A stretch of DNA of 63,731 nt, the filler included, from Octopus bimaculoides (taxonomy: Eukaryota), in the NCBI RefSeq assembly GCF_001194135.2. It is 4 parts of 3 records of this genome, joined end to end, with 100 filler letters (N's around TTAATTAATTAA, not from the genome) between each part and the next. Parts side by side here need not be neighbours in the genome. Positions count along the whole stretch, not along the records: positions 1 to 27,715 come from NC_068999.1; 3 more parts are not named here. One strand, written 5' to 3'. The notes under the pieces were generated by a model, which did not search any database, had not been told where the DNA came from, and saw only the letters and a list, made by a program, of their open reading frames with translations. Position 1 is the first letter of the stretch. Each line of letters starts with the position of its first letter. Made by a program: the position numbers and the translations under genes. Shown here piece after piece: positions 1-11,451 of this stretch.

Positions 1-99
1 AAACTTGAAATTTTGAGAAAATTGAGGTGTATCAGTATGTATGAGTGCACAACCATCAATTTTTTATTCATATTAAATTCGTATGTAATCGTAATCTAC

Positions 100-345
100 A
101 CACTCAGAAAGGTATTTGTAGAAAATTTCATTAAAAAATACCCATTTTTCTGTAAGTTATGAGGAAACAAAACCAATTCATGTTAATTTTCTGAAACTCC
201 TTTCCTCCATCTCTGAAAAAACTTTTCAGAACCTTCAATACAATCAGGATCTGCGCCATCGAAAGGATATTTAAAAAAAAAAAAATCATAAAAAATATTC
301 TTTTTTTTTTTTAAAGTTATGAGGAAACAAAGTCTGGGGAGGGTT
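100..345. repeat. Fragment of an unclassified dispersed repeat (DNA-transposon-like)
   Basis: aagttatgaggaaacaaa occurs twice here; the block tcagaaa..gtagaaaatttc.tta.aaaa...aagttatga.gaaacaaaa recurs at ~30911-30986. Confidence 0.35.
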
Positions 346-650
346 TCTTGCATTGGTATGCCACAGTAGGAGCCTGTTTGACTTTCTGAACATTGAAAAT
401 ATTGTTTCAAAAATGTACTTGTCTATTAAGGCTGGAAATGCAATTATTTATGCAAACAAAGACATATTTATATACAAAATAGTACTTTTATATTTGTAAA
501 CGCATATTCATACATTCCTAATCAGTTTCTTCATGGGTTCAATTCAGTATTGATCCAACAGATCAATAACCAAAGACAAGCCAGCTATGACCACCCTATC
601 ATTTATTCAAACATAATGTATCTAGAACTACATTTTTTTATCTGTCATCT

Positions 651-1500
651 TTCACCAGCATTAGTGACCTTGACATCAGAATTATCATAAATGCCAGAAA
701 GTCAATTCTGGCCCATGGCAATTCCTTCTGGTTGAAAAAAGAAGGTGACCCATTGTTCAATGTCTATATGGGGAACTTTGACGGGGTTGAAATCGCCAAC
801 CTTGGGTTATACATCTTGAGATGTACCCACCCACATAGGTTGGCCTTCTATAGGGACGATGGCCAGGCTATCTCAAGCCTTCAGGAAGGACTTGATAAAA
901 ATATTTAAGGAGTTCGGCCTGTCCATAATGGTTATCACCAACATGATACCAGTCGATCTCTTGGACATAACCTTAGATCTCAATACTGTAAAGTATGACA
1001 CATATAGGAAGCCTAATGATGATACAGTATACTTCCACAAGAGCTCAAACCAACCTACCACTGTAATTAGAAATCTGGTTCCAGGAATTATTAGACAAAT
1101 ATCTAATCTCTTGGCCAATAGAGAGATCTTTAACAGGGCTGCTCCCACTACAACGATGCTTTGGCTAGGAGGAGGTTTACTGAGAAGCTCACACATGTGG
1201 ACAACCCCCAAACACCCTCTCATCACCCCAAAAGAATTAGGAGAAGGAGAATTATATGGTATAACTCCCCCTTTCAACCTAGACGTTTCCACCAATGTAG
1301 CTAGGGGCTTCCTGTTGTTAATTAAGAAACACTTCCCTAGAAGTCATAAGTATTACAATCTCTTCAACCCCCATAATGTCGAGGTGAGCCACTCCTGTTT
1401 AGAAAACATCACATCTAACATCACCTGCATCAACAGATGTAAAAATGCACCCACACCACCCCAACACCAACTTGCAACTTCCGAAACCCCTCCATGTGCC
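651..1500 (+). pseudogene. PLE reverse transcriptase (core motifs and thumb), frameshifted
   Basis: Frame starting 651: DIRIIINARKSIL..WLKKEGDPLFNVYMGNFDGVEIANLGLYIL..FYRDDG (YRDD at 849-860). Shift near 880 into ORF 859-1506: KDLIKIFKEFGLSI..VDLLDITLDLNT..YRKPNDD..SSNQP..IRQISNL...EIFNRAAP. Confidence 0.85.
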
Positions 1501-1928
1501 CTCTAGAAGGATCTCGTCTCTCAAGGGCTGAAGTATATAGAGCCATCCTAACACTATCTGATGGCATTACTAGGCACTAAATGGGTATGACTGCTAATCA
1601 CTTCAAGAGAAGATACTCCCAGCATATGCACTCATTTAGATCCAGGGATAGAGAGAACTCTACTTCCCTGTCTTATTTTTTCTGGAAACTCTGTGATCTC
1701 CGAGATGAAACACTCAGCATCAAGTGGACTATCATTGACAGAGCGCTACCATATTCAGTTGGTGCCCCCAACTGCCAGCTTTGTCTTTGCGGAAAACTGC
1801 ATATCCTCCAACAACCTGCAGTATCCATCAACAAGAAATATGATTTATTGTATTGCTGTCACCAGAGGTATGCCCTTCTGGCAAATTTCAGGCCTCTGAC
1901 TGCCGACAACTTGGATACACCACCTTAG
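1470..1928 (+). pseudogene. PLE Cys-rich linker and GIY-YIG endonuclease with a nonsense codon
   Basis: CNFRNPSMCPLEG..EVYRAIL...RH*MGMTANHFKRRYSQH..SFR...STSLS..W.L...IKWTIIDRA.PYS.G..CQLCL..KLHIL; TAA at 1578-1580 sits at the Tyr of the YIG motif. Confidence 0.8.
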
Positions 1929-2089
1929 CACCAGCTGCTACTTTGCACTGCCTGCACCGATGTCATTGCTACTAACCAACACCATGAGCAGGGCCGCCAT
2001 TTACCAATCCCCAAAATTTACCAACCCCTAACACATATCAACCCTCAACACTTACTAATTCCCAACACTTAACTAATCCCCAACATTTG

Positions 2090-2430
2090 TTTTGCATGTG
2101 TATACTTGCACATGCATGTGTATGAATGCACATGTGCATGCATGTTCATGCACACACTGATATGCATGTGTACATGCATGTGAATATACATATGTACATA
2201 TGAATGAATATGTATGTGTATGTATGGATGTATGTGTGTGCATGTGTGTATGCGTGAGTATGTGTGTGCATGTATGTGTGTGTGCATGCATGTGTGTGTG
2301 TTCTTCCAAGCATATGGTTGTGTGTGCAGACATGCATGTGTGCACCCATGTACAGATGTGCACACTCACATCAATATACACTTGCATGCAAAACTATATG
2401 AGTGCATCTACGCACCCACATATAGAACTA
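2090..2430. repeat. Complex (TG/CA)-rich low-complexity repeat in the PLE 3' region
   Basis: Alternating tgca/tgtg/catg runs; source of spurious HT/CV ORFs. Confidence 0.85.
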
Positions 2431-2643
2431 TATACTTGTACATGCCACCCCTTCCTATTCCCCCCTCCTAACAACCCGGCCAACTACTAATCTATTTCCT
2501 GTCCTCTATGTGGCCAATTTCCTGTTCGCCATGCTGTATTTTCTACCTAACTCTTACCCATATACCAACATCAAACCATGACACCATATGACCTTCCTCA
2601 CAAATCGCAGCCCACCTTACAGTAATAGCAATCAACTTCTGTC

Positions 2644-2710
2644 ATTCAAATTCAAAATGGCTGATGACTAACATCACGCTTGAAACTCAAAAGTACCAAC
2701 GAATTTGAAT
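2644..2710 (+). ncRNA. Type I hammerhead ribozyme-like motif (stem II decayed)
   Basis: ATTCAAATTC/GAATTTGAAT 10-bp outer stem, TGG/CCA inner stem I, CTGATGA 2661-2667, GAAA 2682-2685, stem III ACT/AGT, GUA triplet 2693-2695. Confidence 0.65.
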
Positions 2711-3012
2711 CAAACTGTTTTGGTCCATACAAAATAAATAAATATATATATATATAAAAAAATATATATATATATAAACATTATCAACCATATATATGTA
2801 TATATAAACATTCTCAACCATATATACTTAATGCATACTCTTTATGTATCTTCCTATAGGTTATGATATGGCACCTCCTAGTAAATACATGAATCATATA
2901 TGTTAAGTAAATGTGGTTGATCATGTTTCTATTTTATATTTGAAAATATATGGACATATTTCATTTTTGTATTTGCTTTGCAAGATTCTTTATGTGAATT
3001 CGGGTGTTGAAG

Positions 3013-3370
3013 CATATTTTATTGTGTCTGGGGGNNNNNNNNNNNNNNNNNNNNNNNNNNNNNGGGGGGGGGAGTCATTCTCTTTTAGTGCCTTATTACT
3101 TAACACATTCACCAGTTTGGTCTCCACTCATTTATTTATTTATCTTTTTTAAAATTTTTGTTGTGTCTTGCAACCTTTTCTATAGTCATCGAAACGACTA
3201 TTGAAAAGGAAATGTTGAAAAGGTTGAAACAACTATTGAAAACGTTGTAAGATGCAATGAAAATTTTAGAAAAAATAAATAAGTAAATGAGTGGAAATCA
3301 AATCAGTGAGTGTGTTAAGTAATAAGGCATTAAAAGAGAATGACTCTCTTCAGACAATAAAATATGTATA
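3013..3370. repeat. Palindromic (foldback) element spanning a small gap
   Basis: ~105-bp arms gagtcattctctttta..gcaac (~3072-3175) and gttgtaagat..aaagagaatgactc (~3244-3346) are reverse complements; catattttattgt/acaataaaatatg extends the symmetry outward. Confidence 0.7.
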
Positions 3371-3496
3371 TATTATTTGATTAAAACCGAAAATATGTTC
3401 ACACACTGTTACTCAGTGTTTCATGTGATCATGTATTAGATAGTTGTGATAATAGAGAATAATAAAATTACGGAATAATTTAATTATTCTGTATAA

Positions 3497-3896
3497 GCAC
3501 AGGAGTGGCGGTGTGGTAAGAAGCTTGCTTCTCAACCACATGGTTCTGGGTTCAGTCCTACTCTGTGGCACCTTGCCAAGTGTCTTCTACAATAGCCTCA
3601 AGCAACCAAAGCCTTGAGTGGATTTAGTAGACGGAAACTGAAAAAAGCCCATCAGATATGTGTGTGTGTGTGTAGTGTGTGTAGTGTGTGTGTCTGTGTT
3701 TGTCCCCCACCCCTTACCACTTGACAACTGGTGTGTTTACATCTCCATGATTTAATGGTTTGGCAAAAGACACCAATGGAATAAAAACCAGGCTTAAAAC
3801 TTAAGTACTGGAGTCGATTCATTTGACTAAAAATTCAAGGCAGTGCCCCAGCATGGCCACAGTTTAATGACTGAAACAGATAAAAGATAAAAGATC
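3497..3896 (+). mobile_element. tRNA-derived SINE family A (OK-like), near full length
   Basis: tRNA-like head (gtgtggtaagaagcttgcttc..ggttcagtcc), ccttg.caagtgtcttctac..tagcc body, internal (TG)n, taaaaga tail; more than 10 copies in the window. Confidence 0.85.
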
Positions 3897-4076
3897 TCAC
3901 ATCTGTCTGATAAATGGTCATGTGAAACTCTGAATAAGAATTTGTGAAAATATGTTTAGCTTTAATAAAATAGTATACTCTGCCTTTGGTATTCCAGTAC
4001 TATTTTCTCCCCCTTGTTTTGCACTTATGTGCTTACTTGTGTATATAAGAAGCTTTGTTCCCAACAATGTGACCTC

Positions 4077-4440
4077 AGTTTCAGTACCACTGCATGGTAC
4101 TGATCAAGTGTTTTTTTACTATAGCCTCAGTCTAACAAAAGCTTTGTGAGTGGATTTGGTAGATGGAAACTGAAAGAAGCCTGTCACATATACTTATGTG
4201 TGTGTCCTTGTCTTGACAGCATGTGATGGTTGTAAATGAGCATCGCCGTCATACAAGTGTTGTTGTTTGTTTCCAGTCCTCCATGAAAAAAACTATCTGG
4301 CCATGGGGAAATATCACCTTGCTTAGAATCGGATGAAGGTTGGTAGCAGGAAGGACATCCAGCTGTAGAAAATCTGCCTTAACAAATTCTGTCCAATCCA
4401 TGCAAGCATATAGAAAAGTGGATATTAAAACATCCACCAC
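4077..4440 (+). mobile_element. SINE with family-A body and RTE-like 3' tail
   Basis: Family-A body followed by aggaagg.catccagctgtagaaa..ccatgc.agcat..aaagtgga..ttaaa, shared with RTE LINE 3' ends; same tail at ~29050-29300. Confidence 0.6.
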
Positions 4441-5600
4441 TTGACCACCATCACCATACCACCACCACAGCCACTTCCACCACCAACACCACCACTACCA
4501 CCACACACACACACACACAACTGCCATCTGCTGCCACCAGCACCAATGCCACCCAACAGCACCACCATCATCATGGTATCTAACTATTAGTAAAGGCCCT
4601 ATCAACATTACTGGAAATCTGGCAAAACCTATTCCAAAGGCCCAGTGTTTGGTTATGTGATATGATAGTAATAATTCTATTGTCATATTGGGTTAAATGT
4701 TTTGTGAGAGCAGGAAGGGATTGGAGGGTGGCAGTATTATCAATTTAGTTGTTCACTCATATTATTGAGCTAGATTTTAAGGACCACTGTATGATGGTGG
4801 GAAAGGAACTTAAACGTAAAAGGGCAGGTTTTTCATATATCAGTCAATGATGCAGTTGGACACATCATCATTAGTGATGCTTCTTGGGGGTGGGGGTCAT
4901 TAGATGTTTCAGGTCTTTCAAAATTTGGACATCTTCACCAATGATCCATCCAGAGTTTGATGAGGCCCAGCTCATGTCCAGTTAGCACTACTCCTGGTAG
5001 CACTGCTACCGGTAGCACACTGTCCCTGGTAGTTCACATCTCCTGATCTACTGCTGCCTTGAGGCTACCTCTGCTGCCTCCATTGCCAACCTGATGACCA
5101 AATATGAAACTAGACTCTTTCAAAGTACCTCAGCCCATTTAGCTGTTCTGATATTACATAACAGCAAAGTAACTCAAGCACAAAATAGATATTGCAGAGT
5201 GATACCTACCAAGTACAAGAAACAGTACCATTGGACACTAAACATGTTACATAGATTGCTTTGAAAGATAAAAGAGAATAAAACCATATTAAAGTAATGC
5301 ACATAGCTACAGTGCATAGACATGCATTGCGGTGTGCAGTCAAATCATGCAATAAACATAAGACTGGTGGAAAACAACAATAGATGTTCTATCTAATTGT
5401 AGTTGCAAGGCTAAACTTTAAAGGGTCTAGGTATAATCAATATATTGAGTCTAGCATTCAAGTGGTACTGATTTTATTGACTCATTTTGAGAGAAGTTTG
5501 AAAAACAATGCTGACCTTGGAGCAATTTGAATCGTGAAAATAATAATATTGAAAAAGAAAATAATAATAATTTCTTTTATTGATATGAAATATAAAATGT

Positions 5601-5890
5601 ATCATCATCATCATCATCATCGTTTAACATCCGCCTTCCATGCTAGCATGGGTTGGACGATTTGACTGAGGACTGGCAAACCAGAAGGCTGCACCAGGCT
5701 CCAATCTGATTTGGCAGAGTTTCTACAGCTGGATGCCCTTCCTAATGCCAACCACTCAGAGAGTGTAGTGGGTGCTTTTACGTGCCACCAGCACAAGGGC
5801 CAGTCACATGGTACTGGCAACAGCCACGCTCAAAAAGGTGTTTTTTACATGCCACCTGCATGGGAGCCTGTCCTGCGGCACTGGCAACTG
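5601..5890 (-). mobile_element. RTE LINE 3' end with (GAT)n tail
   Basis: Reverse complement matches the 3' UTR at ~23480-23765. Confidence 0.85.
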
Positions 5891-5891
5891 A

Positions 5892-5940
<49 letters not shown>

Positions 5941-5942
<2 letters not shown>

Positions 5943-6140
5943 GGTAGTGAGCTGACAGAATTGTTACCACACTAGGCAAAATGCTTAGCAACATTTTTAT
6001 CAGTCTTCAAATGCTTTGGGATCAACTTTGCCTTTCATCCTTTCAGGGTCAATAAAATAAGTACCAGCAAGTACCAGAGGTGAGGTAATTGGCTTACCTT
6101 CTGTAATTTGGTGGCAAAATTACTGTGCCAATAATTGAAA
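5941..6140 (+). mobile_element. tRNA-derived SINE family D (~200 bp)
   Basis: A-box-like gctgacagaattgttac, ctttgcctttcatcctttcagggtc.ataaaataagtaccag core; inserted in a (TAT)n/(ATC)n tract. Confidence 0.75.
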
Positions 6141-6165
6141 TCATCATCATCATCATCATCATCAT

Positions 6166-6672
6166 TTGAGAGAGCAATGCATGCTATTGCTCTCTCACTG
6201 GGGTACAAACATACAAAGCCCAATAAACCTATCATGACTACCTGTCTGATAAGGGTACACCAGGCACATGCATCACACCCATATGTGTGCAAGACATGAT
6301 GATCTCATATCAAGATAAACAGCGTATGATCTTGCAGGTGGGGCCCAGTTAGAATTATCATCAGGTCAAGTAGCCCATCCCACTCAAAAGATGTAAATTA
6401 TTCAAATCCCCAAAGACTTCCTCTCAACACACAGTTATGATACTCCCTCACTACTTCTGCACGTGATCAGAGATGCGAATATCATCCCCCATGAGGGGAC
6501 ATGCTCAACTGGTTAGGGTCAAACAACTGACAAGCAAATCTGTGGTATTGAGCAGAATATTTGCTGTAGCCCATCTTTTATACTAAGACAAAACAATAAC
6601 ATGATAACACTTCCAATCAGTTAAGATCAGAAGCCATGAGAGCCACTGCCTGGTACTGCATCAGGGCATTTA
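6166..6672 (-). mobile_element. Unclassified ~550-bp interspersed repeat (family E)
   Basis: Reverse complement of 20488-21023; flanked by trinucleotide microsatellites. Confidence 0.75.
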
Positions 6673-6712
6673 TTATTATCATCATCATCATCATTATTAT
6701 TAATAATTATAA

Positions 6713-6926
6713 TCCTTTCTACTATAAGCATAAGATCTGAAATTTTATGGTGGGAATAGGCAAGTTGATTACATTGACCCCAGTGCTTGACTGGTGCTTA
6801 TTTCATCAACCCTGAAACGATAAAAGGCAAAGTCAACCTCAGAGGCATTTGAACTTGGAACATAATGATGGATGCTGTTAAGCATTTTGTACAGCATGCT
6901 AACAATCCAACCAGTTCACTGCCTTA
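6713..6926 (-). mobile_element. SINE family D
   Basis: gattacattgaccccagtgct..gaaacgataaaaggcaaagtcaacc..atttgaact..taagcatttt. Confidence 0.75.
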
Positions 6927-7074
6927 ATAATAACAATGATGGACTCTCTTGTTGAAGATGGCATATGAGCGTTCATCTTTTGCCTAACGACCTGCACAAA
7001 TGATTTGTTTACAATAATCAAATGTATGCGCCATCCATTAGCTCACTCTCTCTATCAATCAACGTTGTCTGCTG

Positions 7075-7385
7075 GTGTACCTTCATCAGATGGGTAGTCA
7101 TGATGGGTATAATGGACTTTGTATATTTGTACCCCAGTGTTATTTTGATGACATGCATAGCTGCTCTCTCATCCAATATTAATAATAATCCTTTCTACTT
7201 TAGGTACAAGGCCAGAAACTTTGGTGGATGGGAGCTACTCAATTATATCGACCCCAGTGCATACCTGGTACTTATTTTATTGACCCCAAAATGATGAAAG
7301 GCAAAGTCAACTTTGGCATAATTTGAACTCAGAACACAAAGATAGACGAAATGATGCTAAGCATTTTGCCCAGCATGCTAATAAC
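7075..7385. mobile_element. Family E 3' fragment (+, ~7075-7175) joined through (AAT)n to SINE D (-, ~7188-7385)
   Basis: ggtgtaccc..catgatgggtat..tatttgtaccccagtgt..gctgctctctc, then aataataat, then the SINE D tail. Confidence 0.7.
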
Positions 7386-7389
7386 AGCT

Positions 7390-7730
7390 ATAGCTGCATG
7401 GTTAAGAAACTCACTTTTTAAATATGTATTTTGGGTTCACTCCTTGTATGCAGCACCTTGGGCAAGTGTCTTCTACTAGCCCTGAACTGATCAATGCCTT
7501 ATAAGGGAATTTGATAGGTAGAAACTGTGTGGAAGCCTATCATGTGTGTGTGTGTGTGGTATTTGTATGTGTTTTCCCTCATCACTGCTTGACAACTGGT
7601 GTTGGTTTGTTTATGTCCCCATAACTTAGTGGTTCAACAAAATAACATACAAGGATCAATTTGTTCCATGAAAAAACCTTCACAGTGGGGCCCTTGCATC
7701 GTCACAGTCCAGTGATTGAAACAAGTAAAA
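7390..7730 (+). mobile_element. SINE family A, degenerate
   Basis: Homologous to 3497-3896. Confidence 0.75.
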
Positions 7731-7819
7731 AATAATAATAATAGTCTTATTTCAATCTGTATCAAACACACAAACACACACACAAGCACATTGTCTATAT
7801 TTAACTCCTCTCAACAATA

Positions 7820-8061
7820 ATCTGACTATCTGTCTGTCTTTCTCTCTCTCTCTCCCTCTCTCTCTCTCTCGCTCAATTTATCTAACTATCTATCTGTTTG
7901 GTTATTTGTCAGTCTGTATGTATGTATGTGTTGATCTATCAGTCTATCTATATGTCTGTCTATCCTTCAATCTATCTATCCATCACCTATCCATCTATCT
8001 ATCTATCTCTATTTCTCTCTCTCTCTCTCTCTATTTCCTTCTCTCTCTCTTTCTCTCTCTA

Positions 8062-8124
<63 letters not shown>

Positions 8125-8175
8125 ATTTATCTATCTGTCTATCTAATTATCTATCTGCCTATCTATCTATCTACT
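7820..8175. repeat. Compound (CT)n/(CTAT)n/(CTGT)n microsatellite
   Basis: Seen directly. Confidence 0.95.
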
Positions 8176-8448
8176 TACCTCTCATTGACAAGCTACTGTA
8201 TCTCTCTGCTTCTATTGATCATTGATTTAGCAGTGATCAGTTCAATAATTGTATGAAACCTTTCAAGACATGTTAACCATGACATCAGATGAGCAAAACT
8301 CTTTGATCATACTTATTGTATATAACTTATCGGTTTGCGACACATCAATATATTTATATACCATTGAAACCTCCCAGTCACGATTATACTGGTGGGGAAG
8401 GCATGGTTGAATCATCAGGTGTGTATGTCTGTGTCAGTGTGTCTATAT

Positions 8449-8481
<33 letters not shown>

Positions 8482-8803
8482 NNNNNNNNNNNNNNNNNNN
8501 NNNNNNNNNNNNNNNNNNNNNNNNNNNNNNNNNNNNNNNNNNNACAACACACACAACACACGACACACACACACACACACACGACACACATACATACATA
8601 TTAATATCTCTTCTCCATTTTTAACAAATTTGTTGAGTTCTATGGGATACCTTTCCATAAATTCTCATAACACACCATTTACATGTATTATTTTCATATA
8701 TGCAAACTTATGCCAGTAAGGTACCAGCAAAATATGAAGAATCTTTATTAGAAATCGCTTTTTTTGGAACCCTCCAAATTAAAGAATGAAATATAATTCA
8801 ACC

Positions 8804-8842
<39 letters not shown>

Positions 8843-8853
8843 AGATATATATA

Positions 8854-9540
8854 GGTGCAGGCACCTTGTGGTAGATGTCTTCTACTATAGCCTTGGGCCG
8901 GCCAAAGCCTTGTGAGTGGATTTGGTAGATGGAAATTGAAAGAAGCCCATCATGTGTGTGTCTGTCTGTGTTTGTTCCCCACCAATGCCTGACAACTGGT
9001 GTCAGTATGTTTATGTCCCTGTAATTTAGCAGTTTTGCAAAAGAGACCAATAAAATAAGTCTATCTATGTGTAGATAGATAAATAGAGGGAGGGAGAGAT
9101 AGATAGATAGATAGATAGATCTGTGTTTGTCCCCACCACTGCTTAACAACCAGTGTTGGTGTGTTTACATCCCTGTAACCTAGCAGTTCGGCAAAAGAAA
9201 ACTGATGGAGTAAATATCAGGCTTTTACAAAAAACAATAAGTGCTGGGGTCAATTTGTTCAACTAAAATTCTTCAAGGTGGTGCCCCAGCATGGTCGCAG
9301 TCATTAAAAATATGTTTCATGTATGTGTCTTTATATTTGTATTTGCCCTCTCATCCACCCACCACTTAATATTCAGTGTTAGTTTGTTTGCAACCCTGTA
9401 ACCTAATGGTACAGTGAAAGAGATGGATAGAATAAGTACAAGACTTACAAGAAAAAAAGTCCTGGGGTCTCTTTCTTTGACTAAACCCTTCTAAGTGGTG
9501 CCCCAACATAGCTGCAGACAATGACTGTAACAAATAAAAC
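8854..9540 (+). mobile_element. SINE family A with head deletion and three tandem 3' halves
   Basis: 3' module (tttg.ccc.cacc..acaac..gtaa.ttagc..aaaaga) at ~8965, ~9122 and ~9340. Confidence 0.7.
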
Positions 9541-9899
9541 ACACACACACACACGTGCACAGTTTATTAAGCCATTTTCAATTGACAAAATAATGAAATT
9601 GACAAACTTAAATATCTAAAGAAGTTATTCAACATCACAAAAACAAAAAAGTTAGAAAAGCCAGGGAGACTGGAGGTTGGGGGGGTCAAGTGGTGAATTG
9701 AAAAAAATTGCAATTCTTTTATTCTTTAATTTGTTTCCGTCATTTCACTGTGGTTATGCTGGGACATGTGTTCCCATACTGGGTAAGTGTTCCCATACAA
9801 GGAATCGAACCAAAAACACTTGGGTGAAAACCATTGGAAAATGGTTTTGAATATATGTAATCTCTGTATTTTAAATATGCAGTAATTCCTCTTTTTATT

Positions 9900-10135
9900 T
9901 ATATTTTTGGGTGATACAGTCTTCACTATGGAAAGACTTAGCGTTTACAGTGATCAATCTCTCTGAGTGATAAGAACAAAGTCTAGCTGGTTGATGTGTC
10001 TACCTGATTGGTACATGACCAGGTTGGTTTCTTGAAATTTGTATTGCAAATTGTTAGGTAAGTTGTATTATAGAATTCCATAAGCTCTGATCCCTCCTCA
10101 TTCCTCATACCAAACCCATAACCTTCTATACAAAC
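9900..10135 (-). pseudogene. RTE LINE AP-endonuclease fragment
   Basis: Minus frames give FGMRNEEGSELMEF..TICNTNFKKP..YQSGRHINQLDFVL..SEDCITQ. Confidence 0.65.
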
Positions 10136-10269
10136 CAGAGAAGCAAACTATGGTATTATTTGACATGTCCATTAAAATCATCAGCTATGATGTGGTTACT
10201 GTCATTTGTTATCAAGGGACTCAGCAAGAGGGCTTCATAAAAGTGGTCCTTTTGTTCATCTACTAGGCT

Positions 10270-10990
10270 TTATTGTAGAGCATATGCAACAGTGCTGTGA
10301 TAAGAACATGTATCAGGGAGGTCAAGGACATAGCAGCATTTTGTAATGACAAAGTCAAACATGTGCAAGTCTTTAAAGCACAGGTACATCAAGGTTGGAT
10401 AATGTCCTTTAGGGTGCTGGAAAAGTGTGTAGGTGACGGACAGGTTGGATTCAGTGCAGAATGAAAGAAGATGTAATTCATTTGAATTGATTCTTCCAAA
10501 TTCAAGAGAACAAATGAAACCAGGCCAAGTTCCATTATCATTCCTAACCCATGCATTAAAATCGCCCATAATCACAAGCTGGTCACTAAACTGGACTGAA
10601 CTTAATTGCTCATAGAAAATATCCTTTTCTTCCTCAGAACTCAACATTGTGGAAGCATAACAGCTAACGAAGGTGGCCAATTTGTTTTCACATAAGTTGA
10701 GGGTGTCATAATTCGATCAAGGATTCCTACAAGCAAAGAAGAAAGAGTGTTTGCTAGATTTGATTTGATAGCAAACCCAACCCCTGAATGATGAGGAGCA
10801 TCAGCACTCTTGTGAAGGCAAAAAAAGGTGTATCCACCACCTATATATATTTCAATTGTGAGGATTCGGCTGTACATGTTTCACTAAGAGCACAAATGTC
10901 TATGTTGTTTTTTGTAGCACAAGAGCAATCTGAGCAGTTTTCCTGACTATTAGCTACCTTGGAGTGTCTGCACATTTCAAGATCCAAAAT
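10270..10990 (-). pseudogene. RTE (BovB-like) LINE AP-endonuclease domain, frameshifted
   Basis: LNFGS.NVQTL..IDICALSET; GGGYTFF..SGVGFAIKS; VSCYASTM..KDIFYEQL..VIMGDFNA..GRINSN..LLSFC. Confidence 0.85.
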
Positions 10991-11451
10991 TCAAGACTGT
11001 GTTCAACTGTATTCTGGATACCTAGACAGTTGCAGCAAACTGTCAAGGCCTAAAAAAAGAACAAGCAGTGTTTAGGGTTCCTTTTTATCATCCTCTCCTC
11101 AACTTGAGGAAAGCAATGCTATATCTAAAAAAGACCTGCTTTATCATCATTGGAGGACATAAACTGCACCATTACCCAAGCATCTGATGCAAGAACAGCC
11201 ATCACCAAATAATAGCTGACTGTGTAGAGCTCCAGTTAGAAACTTCCAGTGATATCCTTCACTTGTGCTCATCACTTTTACTCTCTTGCCAGTGGACTTA
11301 TGAAAATGGTGGAATAGCAAAAGCATAGGCAATAAAAACTAAGCTAATAGACTACCCGTACAAAGACATGTTTCAAGTAGTGTGGATGTGTTAATACGGT
11401 GCAAATGTTTGCCATGAAAACTATGAACAACACACCTCTGAGGATTTGAGT

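Larger units (their letters stand above)
600..2760 (+). mobile_element. Decayed, 5'-truncated Penelope-like retroelement (RT + C-terminal GIY-YIG endonuclease + hammerhead-containing 3' region)
   Basis: Frameshifted RT and EN frames (next two features), long C/A-rich 3' region, hammerhead-like motif at 2644-2710, ends in an A/(TA)n tract at ~2730-2775. Confidence 0.85.

Noticed and set aside
651-1928. Selenocysteine (in-frame TGA) recoding in the PLE ORF, reported for some Naiad elements
   Set aside because: The interruptions here are frameshifts and TAA/TAG codons; I saw no in-frame TGA at a conserved Cys.
2069-2490. ORFs rich in HT/CV/YI/LS/RE repeats here and at 7898-8256, 12891-13370, 17593-17869, 28405-29104, 37766-38884, 56298-57161, 59470-60067
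   Set aside because: Translations of dinucleotide and tetranucleotide microsatellites, open on both strands.
5085-5120. CTGATGA-ccaaatat-GAAA-CTAG hammerhead-like string
   Set aside because: No stem I or stem II pairing and no NUH triplet after stem III.
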